This document shows positions 28,870 to 49,905 of a stretch of 64,000 nucleotides of DNA, in pieces. Source of the stretch: Chrysomallon squamiferum (lineage: Eukaryota > Animalia > Mollusca); contig CM022673.1 in assembly GCA_012295275.1 (NCBI GenBank), positions 4,278,001-4,342,000 of the forward strand. The letters are read 5' to 3'. The notes below the pieces were generated by a model. That model was not told the DNA's origin and did not search any database. It saw only the letters and a program-made list of their open reading frames with translations. The position numbers and the translations under genes were made by a program. Every line of letters begins with the position of its first letter. Within the stretch, counting starts at the first letter, position 1.

Positions 28870-30755
28870 CAGACAGACTTTGGTGAAGCAGTCACAAATG
28901 AAAGTTACACACACACTCAAACACAAATGCACAGATACACACACACAAACACAAACCTGTCTGGGTTGAGAAGGACCTGATCGCCCAGGAATAACCACAG
29001 AATCAGCTTCTGTCTCTCCCAACCGATAACCTGTACCAACAAAAGTTGATGTTGACCGTCTCTTCGCACCTGTGTCGTCCAACACTTCAGCACCATGCCT
29101 AGCATACAGATATTCAACTGTTAATTTTGATTCAATTCAAAAAGTCTGTTAACAATCAATTTAATCCACAATTTGATTTGTATTCCATTTCTTAAAAAAC
29201 AAATGCCACTAATCAAAATTAAATTTTTCAAAATTAAAACTGTGTTATTAGAATTTTAGACAAAGTTACATAAATAACTTACTCCTTTGCTGACTGAAAC
29301 AAACTATCCACAACCTTGCTACCTTTTTTCTTTGATGGACCCAAAATCTGCTGTCCACTGCAAAATAAAAAAAAATTAAATTAAAATTTTAAATAAATAT
29401 GTCTTTTTTTAAAGAAATATCCTTTTTTTTTTTTAAACAACATTACTTTAAATAAGCTGTATGTTGTTTTTTTATGAATGTATTAATTGAAAATATTTCA
29501 AATACAAAATCATAACATATAAGAAATGACAAATATTAAAATGTTAATTTTCAGTAGCTCTTGAATTCAGTAATATAAATCCCATAATGAAAGCTCCAAC
29601 AAGTTGAATTTGTTAACAAATCATATAACCTTCTTTCTGATCCGCCAGCATAAAATGCTTGAGTTTCATTATCTGAATCACTGTCATCAGATTCATGTTT
29701 CAAACTCCCAATAGTAGCAAACCTGAAATAAAAACAATTTTTTTTTAAATTAAAACAAATAAATAAAGATAGTTTCATGAACATATACCACAAAGTCAAT
29801 CTTAATGTAACTAAATTATGATGTAAAAACAGACCAATGATACTATGGTGTCATTTCTAAATGTATAAACTATACATCATAAGATTTCTTATCAGTATAC
29901 AAATAATTATTTTATATAACTGAACCTTGAAGTAGCTGTCTGATGCTGCCTTGCAGCACTTTCAGGTGGAGGTATATCATCATCAAGAATATCACCTGAT
30001 CGAGCAGCACCTTCACCATCATCATCATAAAAACTGGCCATAGCAAGCTTGAAAATAAAATAAATTGTTAATAGATATTTAGCTTAAATTGATGAATAAT
30101 ATATTTATTTTATTATTTTTTAAAGTATGAATTTAATTACTGAGTAGGGAAAGAAAAGGCAACATTATTTAATAATATGATTTTGCTAGTAAATTAAACG
30201 TTTTATTCAGTTTACCAAAAACGTCTTTAAGATTACTGATATTTTAACTTGTTTATGTAATAGTTTTTAATTACTGTTCATCTTTCATCTACTATAAAAA
30301 TGTAATGCTAATTAGTTAATTATAAAATAACAGTTTCTATTCTTAACTTCCCTAAATTCAATTTAACAATTTATTTCCAGCTAAATTAATCACTGCCATA
30401 AATGCAAACAGATGACAGTGTCTTAGTATATAACACTAAGTTGCACTGCTTCTGTTGTTATTATGTCGCATAATTATAAAAATTGATTTCTTTCTTAGTT
30501 TGCTTAGACGAACGTCAAGTAGAAGAGCACTGCATTATGTATACACTACAGCATTGGCGTAACGTTATTCAACACACTTCTGTGAAGTAAATGATAAATT
30601 TATATCACTAATCTTTTAGGAAGTTTATCACATAAAGAAAAGTAATTTACCTCTAAATTCCATGAAGCAGATTCAAGATAAAATCTTGCTCTGTCGTGGT
30701 CGATGCCGGTGACATTAACAAATTGTTGAATAATATTTTCGTTTTGGTCTGCCAT
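25566..30755 (-). CDS. NSFL1C: NSFL1 cofactor p47 (UBA-SEP-UBX p97 adaptor), 10 exons
   Basis: Exons 30651-30755 ([17 protein letters not shown]...[13 protein letters not shown]), ~29926-30047, ~29630-29722 (QAFYAGGSE), ~29283-29358 (SGQQILGP), ~28957-29098 (FVGTGYRLG), ~28209-28319 ([16 protein letters not shown]), ~27650-27788 ([10 protein letters not shown]), ~27110-27227 (IQIRLADGT), 26379-26438 ([11 protein letters not shown]), 25566-25698 ([10 protein letters not shown]...[11 protein letters not shown]). Confidence 0.96.
25699..26378 (-). other. U12-type (minor spliceosome) GT-AG intron, last intron of NSFL1C
   Basis: Donor GTATCCTTT at 26378; branch site TTCCTTGAC at 25708-25716 about 10 nt before the AG; no polypyrimidine tract; splicing keeps frame (NFITS|SRPQY). 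Confidence 0.9.
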
Positions 30756-30896
30756 TTTTATACAATGAGAAAGCAATTTTCATTTTCAAAGATTTCTTTT
30801 CATACGTCTAAAAATAGAGTAATTTCCCTTCTGCTTGGCAGTTTATTAGGTGTACCAACAAACGAAATATTCCTCAATTATTAGAATTGTTATTAC

Positions 30897-30942
<46 letters not shown>

Positions 30943-31074
30943 TTAATAGTCGGTTATGATTATGTCCTCGTTCTTCCTGCTTAATCGAATGACAATCACA
31001 ATGCATCGGCATTTGTGTTTTGTTTTAATGCGTATAATATATAAAACGGAAAAATAAATGTATTAATTTACACA

Positions 31075-31200
31075 AATACGTTAATTAATACATTAATAAA
31101 TAATCTAATTAATTAATTAATACATTAATAAATAATCTAATTTATACATTAATACATTAATAAATAATCTAATTTATACATTAATACATTAATAAATAAA
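31075..31200. repeat. AT-rich tandem repeat, ~33-38-bp unit, ~4 copies
   Basis: atacattaataaataatctaattt... repeated. Confidence 0.85.
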
Positions 31201-31472
31201 TAAACAAATATTCTTTCTCATAGATTTCAAATCACAACTATTTAATATGAACGAAATACCATTTGCAGTCAACCAAACTTAACCTATGCGGTACACTTAA
31301 ACAAAATCTAATTAGTAATAATCTAATTTTGTTTATTTTATTTTCAGAAAGAAATATAGTCAATAATAATAATAATAATAATGAGAGTTTGGGGACAATG
31401 AGAGAAAGAAAATGTTGCAGTATACTATTTTCTCAGTGTTATATTAATTACTAGGATTTACATATTTACAAT

Positions 31473-32310
31473 ACAGTATTCCTTCGCTATTCGCGGGGAT
31501 TACGTTCTTTACCCCCGCGAATAGCGAAAAACCGCGAATATTGGATGCAGTTTTAAAACGTCTATTATGAGATTATATACGGTACTAAATGCTTCCCAAA
31601 CACTTTCTAAAGACTCTCTTACTCATTAATACAGTAATAATGTAGTAATATTGCATGCAGTTATGTATTTCACTAATGTAGTAATGATAATGTAAACACA
31701 TTTTAATTTTGTACTGAAACAATATTTTAATCAGAAAGAAACGTAAGTGCAGGAGGACAGTAACACCGCATAGCATAGTTACCCATACAGTATTACTATG
31801 CGTACAACATATGTATTAGAACTGACAGAAAGTGGAACAAATTTAAAGGCAAACAGACAGATAAATACAGTACGCACAGTTCACGTAATAATAATACAAT
31901 TCAGTAATAATATGCAATTAAAAACATTATTAATACACGGTCACAAAAAGTATGCACTGTACATACATTTATAAAAAAATACGTACTGTATTGCAATAAT
32001 AATTGAAAAAATTTGATATTGTTTGTGCTGTCACCAATAATGAATGATAATAAAATGATGATGAAATTTGCAGTGCCATACGATGATGATGATAACACTA
32101 ATGTACAGTATGGCACAGCTTAGCTGCTGCTTTACAGCACTTTAGGTAATTATTCCTACTCTTCAGGCACTTAAGTCTCTATGACCTACAAAAACCCGGT
32201 TTACCGAGCATTTGTTTTTATGACGTTATGACGCTAGCCTGGTATACCAGCATACGATGCGATAGGGTTAAGAGCCTAACCCGCGAATGGGGAACCGCGA
32301 ATAGGTGAGA
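31473..32310. mobile_element. Non-autonomous Tigger/pogo-like DNA element, right end degenerate
   Basis: Left end TA|CAGTATTCCTTCGCTATTCGCGG with repeated CCGCGAATA subterminal motifs; matching CCGCGAAT motifs at ~32281-32303; no transposase ORF. Confidence 0.6.
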
Positions 32311-32632
32311 AAATATCAACGCACGCGCGCGCACACGCATCCACACATACACAGAACAAATACAAACATGTGGAACAGTGAATAAAATATGTTTAATACA
32401 ATAAATGCTATTTGTAAATATTTTCGAATTAGATAATTTCATCTGGATTACTTATTAAAACAAAAGGTCTTCTCCCGATACCAAACGCAATGAGTTACTT
32501 AGAAAATATAATATTACACTCGCATTTAGCGTAAACTAACGATGCTAGCCGAACTTGGTGAGAACCCTTCGTCGAAACATTTTGCCGAAAAGAGACGAGT
32601 ATTTCCGATTGGGAAAACCCAAGCAAAGCAAC

Positions 32633-35600
32633 ATGGCTGACACTTTAAAAAATGTATATGAAAAATATAAACAGTCAGTCAGAGATCATCCTGAAAAAAT
32701 AGGACAAGTGGAAACCAGTGTTCGTTTATTATCATATCTTGTTGCAGGTACTTTTGAATTTTGTTATTTTGTTATTTTTTTATTTCTTTTTGCACATTTT
32801 TTTAAATAACTTAATAAGAATTCGTAATTTTTTGTTGTTTCTTATGAAACGATTATTTAGTCTTTGCAATGTAGTATAATTTTGTCGGTGCAACAACGTC
32901 AAGCTTGGGAATGCATCGAACCTTTGGATCAGCAAGGTTAGAGAGGGCATAAGCTTGATAAAGAAACATTTGCCAATAGATAACTTTTTCATTCTTTGCT
33001 GAACCGGTGTGAGGTAATTCTGTAATTATAATTTTAAATTTATAGTAATATCTGGAATTGATAGACATTTTACTTTGAACATATTTTAAAATTTAAACTT
33101 AAACATTGTCAAATTTTATTGTTATACATTTAATGATATAAATAGTAAAGCTCATAAGGCAAAGTAAGTAAATGGGATTAATAATGAAAATGCCATAGGT
33201 GTAACAATTTACTGTAATTTTCAAGTACAATTTCGAATTTCTCTAAATATTATTATTACAGCTTGAGTTAGTGATATAAACACGTATTATTTTACTCTTT
33301 TTAGGAAGATTTGGAAGTTCACAGGTGCTGTCAGAGTTGATGTTTACAACATCAAATCTTCTTGTTCTTCTTAATGATGCCATATTGAAGCAGAAATCCA
33401 AAATTGTTCCAAAAATTGTAAGTGTTGTTTTTTCTTTATGATTCTTATAAACACAGACTTACTGTTTGAATGCAATTTTTTTGTATTAGTTATATTTTTG
33501 ACACAAGTTTATGTAAATGATATTTTATTAACATATATCATAAAGTAATTACAAGTCAATGACAAATATTTATTTAAACTTTAATTTACATTCATTTTTG
33601 TGTAGCAGTCTGATTATAAAATTAAATGTTTTATTACTTAACCCACATCAGAAAGAACAGCTTGTATCATTATCATCAACATCATTATCAGTTAAAATTT
33701 TATCACTTATATTTTAATTTTTACATTATCATTATAATTATAATTATTATTTCCAGCCTGTATCCCAGGAACGATTGTGCCAGCTTCTCACTGTTTTGGA
33801 GTATGTCGAAGTGTTTGTTGAAATTACTGCAATGAGGCTCTGGACTCCCACTGGTCGATGGCTGGTCATCGCAGCAATCCAGATAGCAAAGTATGACCAC
33901 TGGTCAAAATTACTTCAAAAATAATTTAAAAAACATTTAACAGTTATTTTAAATATTTGAATACTACAATAAATCATTGTCAGAATTACCCAAATATATT
34001 TATTAAGCATTGTGAAACTCCCAGCCTATGTATTTTCTTAGCATGGTCAAGAGTATATGCATATATCTGTGTTGTTCAACCTGTTGTGGAATTATGTGTA
34101 TCTAATTAAATTTTGTAAACATTATTAAATAATTATAGAAAATGCAATATAAGAAAAGTGAATGAAGAAAAAATTTAATTAAACAAACATTCCCAAAAAT
34201 AATATTTTAATTTTAATTTTTTTATTTTTTAATTTTTAATTTTTAATTTTTAATTTTTTAAAGCTGTTTTCAGATGTAGGTAAATATTTAAATCTGTCTT
34301 CGAAGAAGTCAAATATTCACCAAACATAATATTTCCAATGTTTTCAATGAAAACCTTTTTCCTTACTGGATTTTTCTATTTCAAAATCAATTTTTAGCTA
34401 TGACAAGATTCAGTTTCATTTATTTAAAAAAAAAGAAAAAAAGAATATCAATTTTAATCATGATTTCTGCTTCTTTCACCAGGGCTGCACTTCGCTTCTT
34501 CTTGTTGGTGAAACACAAAGCCGGCATCCAGCCTACCCCACCTATAGTTCCCATTGACAGAGAAACCCTTGTCAAAACTCCAGAAGATAGTGAAAGTGAA
34601 TTAGCACAGGTAGGATTAAATTAAAACAAATGAAACTTCTATGTAAACAAAAGAAATTTTAAAAACTTGGGTATAAGTAGTTGAAATACAAAATAATTTA
34701 ACTTGAATAAAAATAAAGTAAACAAGTAAATTAAATTTAAATATTAATGATAGGAAAATAAGTAGGAGGTTTTATTTCATGGTTATGTGCTTTGCAATAG
34801 GAACTGGCGGTGTTGTGTGTATGGATATACATTTTTGCATCACTGTTTATGACTGTGTGCATATGTGTGTGTGTGTGTGTGTGACTTTGTGTGTTTAAAA
34901 CAGTCTGCATATTTACATAACATAATTGTAATTTTACTGATAATTTTCTTTAATATGTGAATGTAATTGCTGTTAACAGCAAGCTGATAAAATTATTGAT
35001 GGAATTGATCAGCACACTGAATTAAAGAGTCCTGTGACCTTCACTTTGAAAAGATCAGGCAAAACTGTGAGGACAATATCTGCAGGTAAACATAGCAATG
35101 CTGTTTTTATTCAATGCATAATATATTTTCTTAACATGAGTGCCAGCATATCTGTTTTATTTGTTACCATTTTAGTTTTGCTAATATAATTTGTGTTACA
35201 TGTGGATTTAACAAAACTACAATTCAATAAAAATATAGAGATTTTTATTTTTTAATTTGTTTTTGAAGTATAAAGCTCTATATTAATACTTTTATTTTTT
35301 TTTTCTTGCTATTATAAGAGAATATTTTATATATATATATATATATATATTATATGTGTGTGTGTGTAAAAATACGGAGGATTGCAGCTGTTTTTGGTCT
35401 TTGTGTTGATAATCTTTATCATAGTTTACGGAAGGAGCAGTAATACTTTTTTTAACTTTGTTTCTTTTACTAAAAGGGTTTCTACATTTTTTTCAACAGC
35501 TCCTCCACTCAACTTGAGAACTTGGTCATTGCCAAACCTGCAGAAGTCACCCAAGGACAAAAGAAAACAGCTCACTCCAACAGTTCTGAACAGACAGCAA

Positions 35601-37841
35601 GTTTGGGCAGAAAGCATCCACATTGCTAAACCACTCATCCACTGTATCCTTGATTCTTTGAATGTTAATCTCATAGTATAAGTTTTGTTGACTATTAGAA
35701 GATACATTATTTTCTGTTGTTTACATACTTTTAGCAGTTCAGGAGGCCTGTTAAGTTCCTGTCTGTTCATAAAGGAACTCAGAATGCTGTAATGAGCACT
35801 TACTTTTTTTAAGGACTGAAGCACACTAATTTTGAGTATTTGGTCTTCTGCTTATTCATCTTGCTAGGATAAGAAATGGTGAAAAGTTATTTCATTATAT
35901 TTATCATTTTTATAACTATAATATTTATTTTGAATAATAAAAAAATGTTTACGAAAATATAGAATTACTGTTTACAGATGTTTTATGCACAGAAAGTTAA
36001 CATGATACTTTTGAATATTTTTCTAAATTAACCACAACTTTTTTATAAAAGTTAAATTCTGTTAATAATTCTTAATTCTACCATAGTGGCTAGCTTGTAT
36101 GCCTGTGGTTTCTCATCATGGAAACCTTGGCTTCTGTCTTGTGGATTGGATGTGACAAGGTAGAACAGGATTCATTCGTTTCATCTCTTTTTATTTTTAT
36201 ATTCTTAAATAAAATACTGATCAGACCATTAGTTCAACAGTTTGAATTTCACACGATCTTGTAATTTTTGTCCTTTTTATCATTATTTTAAATTGAGTTT
36301 TCTTCAAAAAACAACAAAAATGCACCCGTAAACAAACATGAATTACAATGTATATGTGAAATAAAGCAGCCAAACTACTGAGGAATATTTCTCTTGATTT
36401 TACAGTTATGTTTCATGTTCCTTTTTTAAAAATAATATGTTACTCTAGAATAGTGCATCATATATAAAACCACTTTAATTTGTGTTTCTAACTATCATGT
36501 GTTTTCCACTGCTACAGCCTTTGTATGATGGGTGATCCTGATGAACTAAACACCAATGAAAAAGCAGAGCTGAGACGCAGAACTTTCATGCTTCTTTTTT
36601 ACCTGCTGCGTTCTCCATTCTATGACAGATACTCACAGTAAGATCAGATCAAAACATTAATGTCATTCTTAAAATTAATTAATATAGTTGTCTTTTTATT
36701 TAATGTAGAATTAAGTAATTTAGAGATTAAAGAACTGCTTTGAAATGTAACAGATAAAAAGTTCATTATTCCCTTCACAGTTTAGATTACTACATATTTC
36801 AAGCAATGTCGTATATTTGTTTTAAATGGCTATAGTATAAATTAGTTACGTCTTTTATCCTTATTGTTTTGGGGTTGTTGTTGTTTTTTTTCAGTATATA
36901 AATATTGCTTTTTACTAATAGAAAACAAAATGGTGGGTTTCCACTAAACACTAGATGTCAAAAATATAATGCAATTATCATAGATACACCAATAAAGTTG
37001 AATTGTAGGAAAATTAATGAAGATAAAAAAAATTCAGAATTGGCATATATAAACAAACTTAACTTTTACATTTACCAAAATTAATCTGTTGTTATAAAAA
37101 TTATTTTACAAGATGAAATAAGACATTTTTACTTCAGCTACCTTCAGGTGTAATTTTGTTTAAGGGGTTTTAGGAATGTTAGTGTATATTTATTCACAAG
37201 TAGAGATATTTTGCATGTTCATCAGTTTATTTTATTTTTCTTTATTATTATTTAATATTTTGTTTTTTTGTGGTATAATATTAAATATTTTATTTTTCAG
37301 AGCCAAAATTATTTTCCTTTTAAAAATATTTGCTGACAACATACCTGGCATGTCCCTTCTTATCAGTAAGCTATTAGAAAGATTTGATTGTTTTACTTAT
37401 TTTTTATGAGAGCAACTGCTGCTGCACAATTTTCCAGTTGTTGCTTGTTCTGTATGGTTAGTTACATAAATAAAAATTTACAGTAAACCTACACAAAAAA
37501 ATAAGTTGGATACGATAAGAAATTTCTGTTCTCACCATTAAGAGATGCACGGTGTTATTCTTTTTTATTTATTTATTTTTTATCCAAATTCATTCTCAAT
37601 CAGATTTCATTATATAAATAAATAACTAAGCCTCATTGATTAATAATTTAGCTAAGCAGTACATTCATAAAGAAGTTTAAATGGTAGAGTCAACAAAGCA
37701 GTATAGTTACACTTCACTTACATGGTTATTTTACTGGTACATTTTGCTCAGCTGTTTACATTTGTAATTTCTATTGCAGAGCCTTTGATGGAGTACCTTC
37801 CAGCTTGGCAGAAAGTATACTTCTACATTTGGTCAACGTAA
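32633..37841 (+). CDS. PEX16: Peroxisomal biogenesis factor 16 (10 exons)
   Basis: Exons 32633-32747, 33305-33417, ~33757-33890, ~34483-34609, 34980-35085, 35500-35643, 36087-36159, 36518-36637, 37301-37365, 37780-37841. Motifs [71 protein letters not shown]...[30 protein letters not shown]. Confidence 0.96.
35644..36086 (+). other. U12-type GT-AG intron in PEX16
   Basis: Donor GTATCCTT at 35644; branch-like TTCTTAAT at 36069-36076 shortly before AG 36085-36086; frame kept (KPLIH|LASLY). Confidence 0.85.
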
Positions 37842-38682
37842 AGTGTTTCAAAAATCAGATGGTTTTTTTTTCATTTATAAGACACTTTTCGTTACTTTTG
37901 TTAATCATTGGTTGTGGACAACCAAAGTAATTATTAGATACAATTATTCATTTTGGAAAGATTTTGTGTGGAAATCACATTCTGTAGATAAAAATTTGTA
38001 TTTACCATTACAATTAATCGATCCAGCTGTGTGCTAATTTTTTTTTAATCCATATTGATTCATTATGTTCATTTGTAAATAAATAGTCTAAAATCACATA
38101 TTACATTTTTTTCTCATCTTTAATTAGCTTTACATTCTTAGATAATCTTATTATAATCCTGTCACAAGTTGTTATTCAAAAAATTCACATCGCAGATAAA
38201 TGATTTATCATTTAAAATTAAACAATCAAGATGTGAATTTATTTACACCGATTTTATTAGCCATCATGTATCATTTTTCAGTTTTATTTTGTTATTTGTT
38301 TATTTTAGGGTACCTGAATTTAAACTTTATAGTAAAACTGTAAAGGCAAAATTTTGGGTAACCAACACATATACTTTCTATCTAGTTTTAATGATATTAT
38401 TATATGTTTAACAAATCATGAAGATAATTATTTTATAATATGTAATTATAACAAGAAACATATTTGTGATTATATTACTATAAAAATAATTTTGGATGTT
38501 ATGATTTTATTTTTTTTTGTTAAAAAATAATTCATATGAAAATATATATTTACATTGTTTGTCTTTGAGTTTGTTATTTTTTTCTTCACAAGAATTTAAT
38601 AAGGAATATACTGTGTATTTAAAGAAAATTTTAATGTCGTTATTACATTTTATATTAATTCCAAGATTTAAAAATATATATA

Positions 38683-39483
38683 TTATAAATTAAGTTCTGG
38701 CAAGGCAATATAATCCTTCAATGATTTTGGTAGAGGAAGCATTTTTAACTTCTCGATAAAATGTGGTTTTAGAATATGCCTGAGGCAAACACGGCACTGT
38801 TGAAGTAGATGTACAGGTCTCACATCAATATTTAGATTTGCTTCAACAATTTGATAATACTGTGAAATACTGTACATCTGGTATGCTGAGGGTTTTTCAA
38901 ATTTGGCCCCAGCAAAAATTAGCATCTTGGTCAATTCTAATTCATTCTGGACAAGAGCAGATATCAGAGGAGTCATTAGCTGTCCATCCACCAACCCACT
39001 GATCTGAACATCAGCATTATGCTGAAGAAGATGCTTGATAGAATCCACCTGTCTTTTCTGGACAGCATAGAGAAGTGGTGTCTTGTGCAAATGGTCAACT
39101 GCATCAGGATCAGCCCCAGCATCCAACAACAGGGACACTATGTCAGATCTGCCTCGGATAACTGCTGCATGTAATGGTGTTTGGCGATGTTTAAACGATT
39201 TGTGGTTTAAGTCACTCCCATAATGAATGAGAATTTCAACAGCAGTTATGTCAGGTGAGAACATGACTGACCACGAAAGTGGACTAATTCCAGCCCATGA
39301 ATCGCAATGGACGTCTGCTTCATTCTCTAGAAGAAGAGACAAGACTTGAACGTGTCCTAATCGTGCTGCCCAGCACAGTGCAGTGTTGAGCTCAGTCTGC
39401 TGATGTTGATGTGTAAGAAGCTGAAGAACGTCTTGCACACTGCCAGATTTCACAGCATCCAACAAAGAAATTAATTCCTGCAT
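38683..39483 (-). CDS. Ankyrin repeat and SOCS box (ASB-family) protein, intronless, 266 aa
   Basis: About five ankyrin repeats (NTALCWAARLGH, GISPLSWSV, QTPLHAAVIRGR, KTPLLYAVQ, MTPLISAL) and a SOCS box PVHLLQQCRVCLRHIL...LPLPKSLKDYI. Confidence 0.92.
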   Translation of the reverse strand: MQELISLLDAVKSGSVQDVLQLLTHQHQQTELNTALCWAARLGHVQVLSLLLENEADVHCDSWAGISPLSWSVMFSPDITAVEILIHYGSDLNHKSFKHRQTPLHAAVIRGRSDIVSLLLDAGADPDAVDHLHKTPLLYAVQKRQVDSIKHLLQHNADVQISGLVDGQLMTPLISALVQNELELTKMLIFAGAKFEKPSAYQMYSISQYYQIVEANLNIDVRPVHLLQQCRVCLRHILKPHFIEKLKMLPLPKSLKDYIALPELNL

Positions 39484-39712
39484 TTATAATTTATTATAAA
39501 AACCAGTAACAAAGTCATTAAAAGTCTAAAACCAAACTGTCTTAGAACAGTCTTTTTTTTATATATAAAAGAAATTCAGGTATATCAAAACTACGTGACA
39601 AAGTTATCTGGGTTAAATACCAACAGCACAACACAATATTCTGCCTAATATTTGTTTTCCACTTGCAGGCCAACGTTTATAGTATATTTATGAAACTTCT
39701 GTAATAATTCTA

Positions 39713-40300
39713 TTATTTCAGTGCCTTTCTTTCCAAGAAAACTTGACCTTTCTGGAAAACAAAATGAAAATTTCTATACTAAACAATTAAAACTCGAGGA
39801 AGAATTAACCAATATTCACAGAAAGAATAATAATACAATATTCAGAGAGAAAAAATAAACTATTACTATATTAACAAACTACTGTTTGATTTCACCTTAG
39901 AATAAAATTACTCTTGTCAAAATCAGGTGAAGGACTAGAGAATGAAATCTGATTAATATTTACAGATCAGCTGGTTTCATCAGCTCCAAAACAGGAATAA
40001 CCTAAACAATTTTTTTTTTTTTATTAGTTTCCTGCCATATTTGTTTTATTTAATTTAATTTTTTAATAAATAATTAGTCATGTTCAGTGACACATTTTGA
40101 AATAAATTATTTTAAAATTGTTTTTAAATATTTACCTCAATACATCTTTCAATTTCTGCTTGTTTTGTTAAGTTCTTGTTTTTTTTAAATTCTGCACGAA
40201 TTCTCTGGAAATAGTAGTTTTTGTCTGTGTACTTCAAATTTTGTCCATATTTGAAGAGAGCACGATAGAGTGCTGTAGCTGACATCTTTGCTGTACTCAT
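39713..40300 (-). CDS. MIURF: LYR-motif mitochondrial microprotein, AltMIEF1/L0R8F8 (MIEF1 uORF product) homologue, 62-67 aa, 2 coding exons
   Basis: Exons 40136-40300 and 39713-39751 give MSTAKMSATALYRALFKYGQNLKYTDKNYYFQRIRAEFKKNKNLTKQAEIERCIE|KGQVFLERKALK*. This aligns by eye with human [34 protein letters not shown]...QLEKGLVFL (recalled). Good splice sites; acceptor at 40320-40321 implies an upstream non-coding exon. Confidence 0.88.
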
Positions 40301-40899
40301 TGTCAGCTGCTGCAAAAAGCTGAAAGAAAATCTGAACTTTTATGTATCACCTATAATTTGGGTTAAACTTTTCTTTTCATTTTAATATACTGTTATACTT
40401 CCATTTTGCTATTTCTTAAAAAAATATATATTGTTAAGACTGTTATTTTGTTTAGAATTTTTTACAGTTTATATATATATATATATATATGTATCAACAG
40501 ATAGATAGATAAAGTGAATAAATATTTATATTTTATAGAAATCCAAAAGTATTCTTTTCACTAAAACTATTATTTTAATTTAAGAGAAGTACATTTTCCA
40601 TAACCAAACAAATATGTTAATATGTATCTTGTAATAATTAATACTAAAATGTATATGTTGTCTTATATTGCTTAGAGGAATAATAATAATATAAAAAAAT
40701 AATAACAATAAATTAATGTTAAATAACATAGAGTTGGTAAAAACATTTGAAAAAAAAAAGCCATTATTTTACAAGTAAAAAAAATAAATGTAATGAATCT
40801 TAGAAAGAAGGAAGAAATATTTCTCTAGTTGTATGTACATATTTAACAATCAGTGATCGTGGTGATGTATTGTATATGTTGCATTAACAAACATGAATG

Positions 40900-41546
40900 T
40901 ATAATTACCTTCAAATTTATTATATACATAAATTTAAAATTTATGTGAGTATACAACTATACAGTTTATACGATGTTGTCCAAATCCAGCAACTGTCTCA
41001 GTTTATGGTTATGTCTTATGTAACAATTCTTATCTTGCGGTAATAAAAAAAGGCCTAGTCAATACGGACTATTATGTCACATTCATTTTCGTCGCGTGAC
41101 ACAAACAAAAATATTTCCATGTGCTGATAAACTTTCAGTTTTACTCTGTAGTTGAGTCTGTAGTGTATTAAACTACCATAAGCCTAATTTTAGCTGGGTT
41201 ATACTTTCTGGAAAACAATATTTAATCTATGTATTATTTTCTGAGGTAAATATATCAGAATATTTTTTAAATGGTTTGTTGATTGTTTACATTACAAATA
41301 AATACAGTATTTATAAATAACCTCGATAGAAAAGACCTTGCTTCCGGAATTCTTGAATAGACTGGTGTTCATCATTTATATATTATTACGAATATAATGG
41401 TTCAGCGTAGAAATTACTGAATATTTGTTTCGGTTGTTAGGGCTGCTGGAGGGAAGCTTTGAACGATTTTTCTCAAAATATTTTACACATTTCTATTGTT
41501 ATGTGTTTTTCCGACTTATGGTACTGATATCAACATAAGCATCAAA
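40900..41546. promoter_or_regulatory. Probable bidirectional promoter for the LYR/ASB unit and the CCDC177-like gene
   Basis: Local CpG retention, ETS-like CTTCCGG at 41341-41347, candidate minus-strand donors near 40908 and 41336. Confidence 0.5.

Positions 41547-49905
<8,359 letters not shown>

Noticed and set aside
35426-35824. 132-aa antisense ORF over a PEX16 exon; likewise 62701-63120, 3874-4197 and 57231-57578
   Set aside because: Shadow frames of real exons with no recognisable motifs.
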